This document shows positions 1 to 8,774 of a stretch of 43,730 bases of DNA, piece by piece. Position numbers and translations under genes: made by a program. Under the pieces are notes generated by a model. It searched no databases, was not told where the DNA came from, and was given only the letters and a program-made list of their open reading frames with translations. Each line of letters opens with the position of its first letter. Within the stretch, counting starts at the first letter, position 1. The DNA comes from an uncultured Candidatus Saccharibacteria bacterium (GTDB taxonomy: Bacteria > Patescibacteriota > Saccharimonadia > QS-5-54-17): assembly GCA_964638825.1 (NCBI GenBank), contig CAZXAD010000001.1:1-43730 (forward strand), written 5' to 3'.

Positions 1-57
1 ATGTATTGCTCAACAAGGCAAAATGCTTACCAAGCCGTACTCGGAGAAGAATACAAT

Positions 58-85
58 AAACCGGTAAATCATGATTTACCGGTTT
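58..85. terminator. Perfect 12-bp palindromic hairpin (aaaccggtaaat catg atttaccggttt) followed by T-rich sequence; possible terminator of a gene ending at the left edge
   Basis: Inverted repeat read directly; tttatt follows on the plus strand. It lies inside an open frame running from position 1, so the role is uncertain. Confidence 0.3.
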
Positions 86-384
86 ATTGGCGCATTGTCG
101 ATACTTTATTTGTTTCAAAACTTTATAATTTCTTCCTTATGTGCTGAGCCGCAGCCCGCGGAATGGAGGTTACCGGTTTTAAACGAATGGAGTTGAAAGT
201 GGAAGCCCACTTATTTTCTTTTCCGCTTATTAAATCGCTCAGGATCATCCCTGCAGCCGTCCCGTCGGAAAGATTTCTCTGTTTTTGGGAGCTTTATCAT
301 AATTTTATTTTAGTACAAAAGAGTTCAGGCGAGGAAATTATCGTTGATCGCACATCCCTTCAGTCACGAAATAAATTGAGAACG

Positions 385-819
385 TCAAGTTTGTTCAACA
401 ACCTCTACACTTGTTATATGCTGACCTTCTTTATCAAAAACGATGGGTTCTGTAGCATCCGGTGAGCGCCCCCATAGGTAATGCCCGGTTATTAGTCCCT
501 CGTAATAAGGTGAGAAGGCATATTCTTGATGTGATTTACCTGCTAATACATCGCCATTTTGCACCGGGTTTTCCCGTGGCGTTGTCCATATACCACAGCC
601 ACGTAAAGAAAATGGCAAGGGGCCCACGATAGTACCATCCGGTCGTATCTCCTTCAATGTGCCATTCGGCCATTTTTCTGATACATCGTCCACTACAAAT
701 TCATACCTAAATGCTTCCTCGGTCTCCCCTAGAGTTATGTGTAACGTATCACCGTTACGTAACTGAGAAAATTCAATTCTATCCTCGGGTTGTTGCACGG
801 TTTCTCTGGTCATGTTCAT
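385..819 (-). CDS. Hypothetical protein (144 aa), no recognisable motif
   Basis: ATG-started ORF (cat at 817-819) with non-repetitive protein-like composition; no family recognised by eye. Confidence 0.55.
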   Translation of the reverse strand: MNMTRETVQQPEDRIEFSQLRNGDTLHITLGETEEAFRYEFVVDDVSEKWPNGTLKEIRPDGTIVGPLPFSLRGCGIWTTPRENPVQNGDVLAGKSHQEYAFSPYYEGLITGHYLWGRSPDATEPIVFDKEGQHITSVEVVEQT

Positions 820-1076
820 TATTATAAATACCCCGTGTTTTTATGCAAGGAATAAGAAATTCAGAATATATTCCAGGCACTAAGTATCTGATTGATGTGT
901 ATACACGCCCTTATACGCCGCAGAATTGGCGTCAGAACCTATCCGCCTTCGGCGGATACTGGGTTCGAATAATACATGAATGCCGGGTACAATACTATAC
1001 CTGGCTAATCACAATTCAGCTTTGGCGAAGCCAAGATCAATGCTAAACCTGGCGCAACCAGGCGCAGAATTGTGCC

Positions 1077-1152
1077 TGGAGGGCCTGGTGGGATTCGAAC
1101 CCACGACACATGGCTTAAAAGGCCACTGCTCTGCCAACTGAGCTACAGGCCC
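1077..1152 (-). tRNA. tRNA-Lys (anticodon UUU), CCA encoded
   Basis: The reverse complement gives GGGCCTG TAGCTCAGTTGGCAGAGCA GTGGC CTTTTAA GCCAT ... GTGGGTTCGAATCCCAC CAGGCCC T CCA. The cloverleaf is complete and the anticodon loop is C-T-TTT-A-A. Confidence 0.92.
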
Positions 1153-1274
1153 GTGTAGGGAAGTATCCCGTATTATGTATGACGTATTAAGTATAAAGCA
1201 AATCATACTTACGAGTCATATGTAAACCAATTTAATATAATAGCGAACCTCCCCCAGAATAAGCAACTGTTGGA

Positions 1275-1778
1275 TTATGAACTGCTACTTTTACCTTTCT
1301 TACTCGTTGATTTCTTCCTCTTCTTTTCCTTTTCTATGTGGCTACGATGCTGCACGCTGTCGATTAAAATAAGAACTGCGGCTGCCAGTGTATACCATGT
1401 AAAGTAGCTTAATACCCTCCATCCTATGATAGACTGCTCCACAATGACATCTTGATACGCTGGTGGGAGAATATGCGTAATACTGGAAAGGAAAAACAAC
1501 GTAAACACCAAAACGAAAATAATTTTCCAAAGAAAATTGGTTTTACGCTTATCAACAGTGTGGTTTACCCCCAACACAAAAGCGGGAATAACAAGTAAAA
1601 CTACTTTGGCAATACTGGTTATTTCCGGACTGGTAAAATATGTTTCAAACGGTATAACATCCAATAACACGAAACCGATAAACACGCCGAGCGCGACAAA
1701 TTTAACATGGCTTTTGAAGTGAAGTATCAGGGCGCTCACCCCGATAACGGCTGCTACTATAGCAATATCAATATTCAT
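1275..1778 (-). CDS. Hypothetical integral membrane protein (about 4-5 TM) with Lys/Ser-rich C-terminal tail
   Basis: ATG start at 1776-1778; long hydrophobic segments; C-terminus EKEKKRKKSTSKKGKSSSS. Confidence 0.65.
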   Translation of the reverse strand: MNIDIAIVAAVIGVSALILHFKSHVKFVALGVFIGFVLLDVIPFETYFTSPEITSIAKVVLLVIPAFVLGVNHTVDKRKTNFLWKIIFVLVFTLFFLSSITHILPPAYQDVIVEQSIIGWRVLSYFTWYTLAAAVLILIDSVQHRSHIEKEKKRKKSTSKKGKSSSS

Positions 1779-1863
1779 TTGTTCTACCCAACATTATGCC
1801 GCAATCATACCACTTATGATTATTAAGAGGAAACGCACCCTTCTGAGATTTTTAAAGGATGAG

Positions 1864-2343
1864 TTAATCATACCGCAAAGAAGCAATATCGCCTATACCA
1901 ACGTTATGCCTCCGGCTAAACCCGGCCGGTACCTCGAGAACATAGTGCGCCGGCACGCGTGAGGTAACCGTTCCCGGGTACGAATCCGGCGATAAGGATC
2001 GGGTAATATCAACTACTTTTCCCGTTTCATCCATCCAAATAATATCGATGCTGAAATTCATGTCTTTCATGTGGAAATCGTATCTCCCGGGTTCCTCATA
2101 TACAAACAGCATACCTGTTTCGTCGGATAAAGACGTGCGGCCCGATAAACCCTGAGCGCGCTTCTTGGGAGTATCAGCCAGTTCTACTTTTACTGAAACT
2201 CCCTCGAATACCACCTGAGAAGTAGTATTTGAGTAATAACCATGGTACCAAACGCCAAGACCTATTGCTGCAATTATTCCCGCCAGAAAGAAAACAAGCA
2301 GTTTAGGCACCGACTTTATCTTTTTTGGGTTTTCTTGTGGCAT
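1864..2343 (-). CDS. DUF192 (COG1430) family protein with N-terminal membrane anchor
   Basis: Characteristic DUF192 core: RAQGLSGRTSL...GMLFVY...FHMKDMNFSIDIIWMD...YVLEVPAGF. ATG at 2341-2343; overlaps the rimK 3' end by 41 nt. Confidence 0.75.
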   Translation of the reverse strand: MPQENPKKIKSVPKLLVFFLAGIIAAIGLGVWYHGYYSNTTSQVVFEGVSVKVELADTPKKRAQGLSGRTSLSDETGMLFVYEEPGRYDFHMKDMNFSIDIIWMDETGKVVDITRSLSPDSYPGTVTSRVPAHYVLEVPAGFSRRHNVGIGDIASLRYD

Positions 2344-3208
2344 TAATTTCCACGTATTTAATAACCTTGGCGGCGATATTGCGTCCAGTAGCAGATTCCA
2401 CGCCTTCCAGTCCCGGCGAAGAGTTTACTTCAATTACGAGCGGGCCGCGTTCTGAACGTAATAAATCCACCCCTGCTATATCCAAACCGAGTTGCTTGGC
2501 TGCTTTTATGGCGATACGCCGCTCATCCTGCGAAAGCTTTACCTTTTCACCTGTTCCACCTTGGTGTATATTTGACCGGAATTCCTCATCCAGTCCTTGC
2601 CTGCGCATAGCACCGACAACGCGGCCTCCAACAACGACAGCACGAATATCGGCTCCCCCTGACTCAGCAATAAATTCCTGAACCAAAATAGATTGGTTGA
2701 TACTGTAAAAGGCCTGGATAACGGAGCGGGCGGCCTTTTTTGTTTCGGCCAGTACCACACCTTGGCCATGCGTGCTTTCGACCAATTTAACGATCAACGG
2801 AGTACCCCCGACAAGCTCGACAAGATTATTTATATCCGTCGTTCTGTTCGCAAATGCTGTTTTAGGAATATCGATTCCCGCGCTTGATAAAAGCTGCAAG
2901 CTGCGGAGCTTATCCCGGGAGCGCACGAGCGCGATCGATCGGGTAACGCTGTATATATCCTGCATCTCAAACTGACGGACAACAGCGGCCCCATACCCCG
3001 TAAAAGAAAATCCGATACGTGGAATAATAGCGTCGATACTGGGCAATGCTTCCCCTTGATAATGCACGTTGGGACGGCCTTGTTCCATGCCGACATAGCA
3101 TTTGGTATAGTCGATGACTTGTGACTCATGTCCGCGCTCATGTGCTGCTTGCACGAGCCGTTGAGTAGTATAGTTATCGGTACCTCGTGAAAGAATAGCT
3201 ATCCGCAT
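2303..3208 (-). CDS. rimK: RimK-family ATP-grasp alpha-L-glutamate ligase
   Basis: N-terminus MRIAILSR plus ATP-grasp motifs (PLIVKLVESTHGQGVVLAE, FIAESGGADIRAVVVGGRVVGAM, AGVDLLRSERGPLVIEVNSSPGLEG). The track start at 3211 is GTG. The ATG at 3208 sits 5-7 nt after AGGAAGGAAG and is preferred. Confidence 0.9.
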   Translation of the reverse strand: MRIAILSRGTDNYTTQRLVQAAHERGHESQVIDYTKCYVGMEQGRPNVHYQGEALPSIDAIIPRIGFSFTGYGAAVVRQFEMQDIYSVTRSIALVRSRDKLRSLQLLSSAGIDIPKTAFANRTTDINNLVELVGGTPLIVKLVESTHGQGVVLAETKKAARSVIQAFYSINQSILVQEFIAESGGADIRAVVVGGRVVGAMRRQGLDEEFRSNIHQGGTGEKVKLSQDERRIAIKAAKQLGLDIAGVDLLRSERGPLVIEVNSSPGLEGVESATGRNIAAKVIKYVEINATRKPKKDKVGA

Positions 3209-3231
3209 CACGACTTCCTTCCTTTAATGCA

Positions 3232-3681
3232 TTAATGGTTATTTATTTCGTATTCGTCTATATTGTCTTGGGGGTCATCTAAGGAGACATCCACGACAAA
3301 ATTTTCGCGTAGTAACTTTCTTCCGAGCAGTATCGGGAATTTCATGTCTTCCCTATTCGATAGAGAAAATTCGGCAATGTACTGCTTCCCGTTGATTGTA
3401 ACATCGAGCTCCACTATCGGTCTTTGTTGTGCCTCTCCGTTCGAGCTTTTAATATAGGCAGTACTTTTTTGTTTCAGGGTTACATAGTCACTGATCGGGT
3501 GGCCGGAAAGATCGGTTATACGCACCTTTAAATAGGTATTACCGTCGCGCTCGAACTGTTCAATAAAATCACAATGTAAACTGCTGCGGTACGCGCCAGT
3601 ATCTACTTTTGCTTTGACGTTATAAAAACCTACTGCCGGGATGTCGATATACACCCAGCGGCCAATAATATCTTTTTCCAC
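3232..3681 (-). CDS. Retropepsin-like / putative ATP-dependent zinc protease (DUF785, COG4067; RimB-like) commonly paired with RimK
   Basis: KAKVDTGAYRSSLHC (D-T-G aspartyl-protease-like signature) and the C-terminal ILLGRKLL motif; sits immediately upstream of rimK (23-nt gap). GTG start. Confidence 0.7.
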   Translation of the reverse strand: MEKDIIGRWVYIDIPAVGFYNVKAKVDTGAYRSSLHCDFIEQFERDGNTYLKVRITDLSGHPISDYVTLKQKSTAYIKSSNGEAQQRPIVELDVTINGKQYIAEFSLSNREDMKFPILLGRKLLRENFVVDVSLDDPQDNIDEYEINNH

Positions 3682-3855
3682 CTTTATTTACCTTACTGTA
3701 ATAGACTTACTTACTATACCATATTAATTTTAAATTGTCCATTACCTGTACTTTACTAAGGTAAAAGCATAGACAATCTGTTACAAAAATTCAAGCCATT
3801 AATACGGGCTGGTGGCAGCTGCCTGCTATTTCACTGCTAAATATACCGGCAAAGT

Positions 3856-5346
3856 TTACCCGCGTTGTTCCGGTTGCCCGCCACGGATTTTTCGATACTG
3901 GTCCTTGTATTTTTCAATGGTTTTTTCTACTTCCTCGTTGGTGATCCGGGTCCGGAGCAAATCCACGGCATGGAGGGATTCATAAACATCGAGTTTATGT
4001 TCGAGTTTGTATATGGCATCACGCCATAGAATGGCTTCTTCATAATCACGTTGCTCGACAGCGGCTTGCTCCCGCTCTTTCATCATATCGATAAAGGCAT
4101 CGTAAACACCCTCTTCAGCACCGCCCGCTTCTAATGTGCGCTCTTTGAAGGGGATATTCTGTTTTTCGCGGCGTTCACGGCGCATTTGTGAAATCTTGCC
4201 GCTACGCTTCCATTCAAAGGTGGTAGAAAGAATGCGATTATAAAGATCCTGTGCTTTTTTGCGGTTCGTCTCCTCGGCATTCGGCTGTTTCTGAATTATC
4301 TGGAGTAAAGAGTAAGCCCCCTCTTCTATCATGTCTATACTCCACCAGGGCTTCGCAGACGCCCAGAAAAACTGATCGCTCGCGACCGCATAATCGAGCT
4401 TGTGGCGCAAATCATCGTACGCCGGGTCGTCCGCGGGAAGCTGGTAAAACTCATCTATGACTAACTTCCACAATTGCCATTGCAAAGTATGGATATCATT
4501 ATCCGGATCCGACCAGGATATGAACTGGATACCGTTATCGATATCTTCCTGGCTCGAGGCCCAGGTAGAGGCAACCGGATCAACTTCTTCAGTGTTGTTG
4601 TAGTGGTCTATTACGTCGGAGATGCGTACGAGGTTAAACGCAGGATCCTCGAAAATTTCAAACAGCAAATTTTCCAAACCAATACGATGATGGCCGAATG
4701 TCTCGCCATCCATGCCGGTAATGGAGTATCGGGAACTAGCTAAATCATCCTGTATCGCTTCCTTGAGTGAATCGGACGAACGCACAACTGCGCTCATGAT
4801 CAGGTTACTAATCCGTCGTTCACGGAAGAACGCATACACATCGGTACCTTTGATTTTATATAGGCGCGTATTATCAGGTGAGTCAATTTTGCCGCCATAG
4901 GCGATCTCATCCAGTAACACCCAGTCGAATCCGGCTTCTTCGATAACAGGAGCAACCTCCGGACTATAAGCCATTTCCGGCAAAAATATGCCTTTGGGTT
5001 GATACGCATCTCCCAGGTAATGGCAATTGGTTTCATGGTTGATCGATATTTGGCGCAACATTTCCTCCCGTGGGAGAAACGGCAATAAGGCGTGGTATTT
5101 CGCCGATCCGGTAAATTCTATCTTGCCTTGGCGCCCGCCCTCAGCAATCGTGTCAATCAGTTCGTGATACCCGTACTTATCAAACAACTCCAGCAAGGCG
5201 GCGTTGATGTTAACCGTTATGTAGGCGTTTTCATATTGCAGAATGCCTTTAAAAACCGGCTCATAGCATTGTTGGATGATTGCTTCGAGGACGTCAGGAT
5301 CCTGTCCGTGCGGTTGGTAAACATGTAGAAAATTTCCCCAGAGCAT
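3856..5346 (-). CDS. Glycoside hydrolase family 57 protein (alpha-glucan acting) with C-terminal UVR-like motif
   Basis: GH57 conserved regions: HVYQPHGQ, GIFLPEMAYS (nucleophile Glu region) and GMDGETFGHH (acid/base Asp region). The C-terminal RDYEEAILWRDAIYKLE resembles a UvrB/C (UVR) motif. Confidence 0.8.
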   Translation of the reverse strand: MLWGNFLHVYQPHGQDPDVLEAIIQQCYEPVFKGILQYENAYITVNINAALLELFDKYGYHELIDTIAEGGRQGKIEFTGSAKYHALLPFLPREEMLRQISINHETNCHYLGDAYQPKGIFLPEMAYSPEVAPVIEEAGFDWVLLDEIAYGGKIDSPDNTRLYKIKGTDVYAFFRERRISNLIMSAVVRSSDSLKEAIQDDLASSRYSITGMDGETFGHHRIGLENLLFEIFEDPAFNLVRISDVIDHYNNTEEVDPVASTWASSQEDIDNGIQFISWSDPDNDIHTLQWQLWKLVIDEFYQLPADDPAYDDLRHKLDYAVASDQFFWASAKPWWSIDMIEEGAYSLLQIIQKQPNAEETNRKKAQDLYNRILSTTFEWKRSGKISQMRRERREKQNIPFKERTLEAGGAEEGVYDAFIDMMKEREQAAVEQRDYEEAILWRDAIYKLEHKLDVYESLHAVDLLRTRITNEEVEKTIEKYKDQYRKIRGGQPEQRG

Positions 5347-5374
5347 GAGGTGATTATAGCAGCCATCAAGTATA

Positions 5375-6922
5375 TCAGTCGATGCGTTGTTGGTATGTCA
5401 AGGGAGGGTTGGAGGTAATGGCTTCACGACGGTAATCTATCGTGCGATCATATAAGTTGGCGTACTTTTCAGCTACCTTGTCCCAGGAAAAATCCTGCAA
5501 CATTATTCGTTTTACCAATTCCTCCCAAGCCTCACCGTCTTTATATACCTCAAGCGCTCGTACGAGCGCCACTAGAAAACTTTGAGGAGAGAAGTCACGG
5601 AAGCTGAATCCCGTACCGGTACGGTTTTGCGTATTATAATCTTGCACGATGTCAGCTAAACCGCCGGTGGCCCGAACGAGCGGGACCGCACCATACCGCA
5701 TAGCTTCAATCGCTACGATCCCGCCCGGCTCATAGTAACTCGGCATTAACACGATATCCGCTCCGGCAAAAATTTTCCGCGGCAAAATGAAATCGGGCAT
5801 CAAGTGAGCGCCGACCCTGTCAGGATATTTCCGCTCCAATTCTTCAAAGAACTGTATGTAGTGCGCATCACCACCACCCAGCACGATAAACTGCACTTCC
5901 AGCTCCTTTAATACGAAATCGATATTCTCCAATACCAAATCAAGACCTTTCTGCCCATCTAACCGGCCGGAAATAGCTATGATGGGCACATTCGGATCCT
6001 GCTCTAAAAGAAACTCTTTTTGTAGGTCTCTTTTGTTGTCAGCACGCCTGTTGATGCTGCGGCTCGTAAAGTTTTGGGCAATAATTTTGTCGCTGGAAGG
6101 ATCAAAATCCGTATAATCGAGCCCGTTGAGAATACCGGACATCTTTCCTCTGAGTTCACGGAATAACCGATGTAATCCGTTTCCGTACTCCTCCAGTAAT
6201 AACTGTTTGGAATACGTTTCTGACACCGTATTCATGCGATCGGCGCGCATAACCCCCCGTTTGAGTGCGTTCTGCTTGTAAAATGTTTCCGAATAAAACG
6301 GCGACAGAGGGGATTTCCCGTCATCAAAGTCCATTTCACTCGCCCTGCCGTAATCGAAATTTCCCTGGTAGGTATTGTGTATGGAGAGGAGACTGGCTAC
6401 CTCTTTTAATTCTTTGTCTTCCTGGCGTACAAAGTACAAATCATTGATTAGATAGCCGGTATGCCAGTCATTACAGTGAACTAAATCCGGCACGAACTCC
6501 TTGGTGAGCATGAATTCCAAAGCCCCCCGGCTTAACAGACCGAATCGTATATGGTCGTCGTCATATCCGTACACATTGGCACGTTTTTCAAAATATTCTT
6601 CATTCTCGAGAAAATAAATCGTCGGCTCGAACGGATCTTCGGGTTCTTCGCACACTTTGATATTACATTCTATGAATTCAGGATTATCATCTTTGTCGGT
6701 ATGGCCAGTCGGGACTTTTAACCCCTTCATCAACGTTTTGAGATGATACCGCTCATCAGCGATACGGCCATACTTGGGCGTGAAAACCCGTATATCGACT
6801 CCGGTTTTGCGCAAAGACCGGGGAAGGAAATAGGCTACTTGGCTCAGGCCACCTTGTTTGGAAAACGGCGCAACTTCAGCCGATACAAACAGTACTTTGG
6901 CGTCATGCTTCGGTTTTGCCAC
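5375..6922 (-). CDS. glgA: Glycogen/starch synthase (GT5)
   Basis: KVLFVSAEVAPFSKQGGLSQV (K-x-GGL motif) and C-terminal PSYYEPGGIVAIEAMRYGAVPLVRATGGLADIV. GTG start preceded by AAGGAGGA. Confidence 0.9.
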   Translation of the reverse strand: MAKPKHDAKVLFVSAEVAPFSKQGGLSQVAYFLPRSLRKTGVDIRVFTPKYGRIADERYHLKTLMKGLKVPTGHTDKDDNPEFIECNIKVCEEPEDPFEPTIYFLENEEYFEKRANVYGYDDDHIRFGLLSRGALEFMLTKEFVPDLVHCNDWHTGYLINDLYFVRQEDKELKEVASLLSIHNTYQGNFDYGRASEMDFDDGKSPLSPFYSETFYKQNALKRGVMRADRMNTVSETYSKQLLLEEYGNGLHRLFRELRGKMSGILNGLDYTDFDPSSDKIIAQNFTSRSINRRADNKRDLQKEFLLEQDPNVPIIAISGRLDGQKGLDLVLENIDFVLKELEVQFIVLGGGDAHYIQFFEELERKYPDRVGAHLMPDFILPRKIFAGADIVLMPSYYEPGGIVAIEAMRYGAVPLVRATGGLADIVQDYNTQNRTGTGFSFRDFSPQSFLVALVRALEVYKDGEAWEELVKRIMLQDFSWDKVAEKYANLYDRTIDYRREAITSNPPLTYQQRID

Positions 6923-7034
6923 CCTGTTTCCTCCTTCTCGTGCTGCTTGTGGTTATTGTAGCATGGCCTATCTTTTTGCTCATAGCAATTAATCGTTCTT
7001 TCATAAATAAGGGGGTCACAGCTTCCTTTTTCAT

Positions 7035-8648
7035 TCAAGTAATCCGGTAGAGGTATTGTTTGTATTCGGTAAGCATGCGCTCAGTATTGAATTGGTTTTC
7101 GACTATCTTTTGTATCAGTTTCATGCGTTTTACCCATGCGATAGGAATGTTTTCTTCATTCCGCTCGTAATACAAGGGGGCTATCTCGTGCTCGAGATAT
7201 CCATACAACGTATCGGCTGTGTTTATATCCGGCAAAACCCACCCATGGCCACTGGCATCAATTTCATCCACCCAGCCGTCGCTTACGGAACACTGCAATA
7301 CTCCATTGCTGCCGGCCTTCATGCCGCTCGTTCCTGAGGCCTCATACCCTTTTTCCGGCGTATTGAGCCATACATCAGCCCCATGGACTAATCGGTACGC
7401 TGACTCCAAATCGTAACTAGACAGATACGCGATATTACCCCCGAAGCGCGGATTCAACACATGTTCCCCGATTTCCCGGGCCATCTCTAGACCTACTTCA
7501 TCTTCCACATTCGGTTTGCCGGCAATAATAATCTGTACCGGCCTATCCTGGTGGGTAATGATCCGCTCCAGGCATTCCAAATCATTAAAAAGTTCGAGCG
7601 GACGCTTGTATCCGGTAATCCTCCGCGCCCACACGAGCGTTAAAACATCCGGGTTAAGCCGACTGTCTGACCGTGTATTAACAAACTCAATAAGCCGGCC
7701 TTTCAGTTGTTGGTGCGCTTGCCATACCTCTTCGTTATTCGAGGCCTCAGCAACCTCCCTGGCCTGCCATCGTTGCAAGTTAATTCCGTTGGTGATGTAT
7801 TGCAGGTCAAATTCACTGTCGGGGTGCATCTTGCGCTCATTTTGCTGATGGGAACGGCTCACCGCGTTAGTAATATTCGCCATGCTCAACATCAATCGGG
7901 TAGTGGTAAATTCGTCCTTACGGAGAGGATCCTGGGCGAGCGCGAATACCTTTTCCTGGGGTAGCTGGACTTCCTTTAAGTACTCTCCGAGTATCTCTTC
8001 GAAAATATCATGGGAGATATATAACCCAGCGCCGGAAAGTACGGTATGCTTGCTTGCCACGGTTTCAGCGACTACCGCCTCGCACAACTCTTCAAAGGTA
8101 GCATGCGGTTTCTTGTGTTTATGAGTGGCCAAGCGGGCTATGGCAGCAAACGCCGTATGGCCCTCGTTCAAATGGAATACGCGAGGAGAGATATCGAGCG
8201 CTTCAAGAAGTTGTACGCCACCGATTCCCAGTAAAATATTCTGTTTAAATTTCACGCGGAAATCCTTGTCATACAAAAAGGCGGTTAAACCGCGATTTTC
8301 CTCAGTATTCTCTGAAATATCGCAATCAAGAAGATACATCGTTACACTACCGGATTGTTTGCTCCATATTTGGTAGTACACCTCTTCCCCGGACAGTTTG
8401 ACGGAGAGTATCAGCGGTTCTTCATCTTGTTGAACGATACTCCATCCGGCCGCGGCAATATCAATCCGTTCCAGCTGAGACGTATCCGTGGGAGTGAACC
8501 CGTAATGGTAAAACAAGCCCACGCTTACGCAAGGGAAATCTTGCAGACTGGCCTCACGCAGGTAATCGGTCGCTAATACGCCGAGTCCGCCCGCGAAAAC
8601 CGGCATATCATCAAAGGCATATTCGGGAGAAAAATAGGCGACCTGCAT
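7035..8648 (-). CDS. glgP: Alpha-glucan phosphorylase (GT35, short bacterial/archaeal type)
   Basis: GGLGVLATDYLREAS near the N-terminus; PLP-lysine motif EASGTSGMKAGSNGVL; ATG at 8646-8648. Confidence 0.85.
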   Translation of the reverse strand: MQVAYFSPEYAFDDMPVFAGGLGVLATDYLREASLQDFPCVSVGLFYHYGFTPTDTSQLERIDIAAAGWSIVQQDEEPLILSVKLSGEEVYYQIWSKQSGSVTMYLLDCDISENTEENRGLTAFLYDKDFRVKFKQNILLGIGGVQLLEALDISPRVFHLNEGHTAFAAIARLATHKHKKPHATFEELCEAVVAETVASKHTVLSGAGLYISHDIFEEILGEYLKEVQLPQEKVFALAQDPLRKDEFTTTRLMLSMANITNAVSRSHQQNERKMHPDSEFDLQYITNGINLQRWQAREVAEASNNEEVWQAHQQLKGRLIEFVNTRSDSRLNPDVLTLVWARRITGYKRPLELFNDLECLERIITHQDRPVQIIIAGKPNVEDEVGLEMAREIGEHVLNPRFGGNIAYLSSYDLESAYRLVHGADVWLNTPEKGYEASGTSGMKAGSNGVLQCSVSDGWVDEIDASGHGWVLPDINTADTLYGYLEHEIAPLYYERNEENIPIAWVKRMKLIQKIVENQFNTERMLTEYKQYLYRIT

Positions 8649-8774
8649 TTTCCTAACTATAGCATAAGCGGTTTTATAAGCGGTAATCCAGAAAAGTAGT
8701 TATGATTCCGTATTCAAATTCTGTCCACATATAAAAAATGCCTGAGCTCTTCTATTGAGTACTGGCGTATTACC

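Noticed and set aside
1-156. Open reading frame running in from the left edge (frame 1, stop at 154-156)
   Set aside because: It could be the C-terminus of a truncated plus-strand gene. Only 51 codons are visible, no motif is recognisable, and a strong hairpin sits inside it, so it is not supportable.
163-465. 100-aa plus-strand ORF
   Set aside because: It overlaps the 3' end of the minus-strand gene 385-819. It has no RBS and an implausible composition (Phe/Leu/Ser/Cys-rich), so it was treated as noise.
955-975. gggttcgaat T-loop-like string suggesting a plus-strand tRNA or tmRNA fragment
   Set aside because: No complementary T-stem, acceptor stem or anticodon arm could be built around it.
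1009-1206. 65-aa minus-strand ORF
   Set aside because: It lies directly over tRNA-Lys and is a translation artefact of the tRNA sequence.
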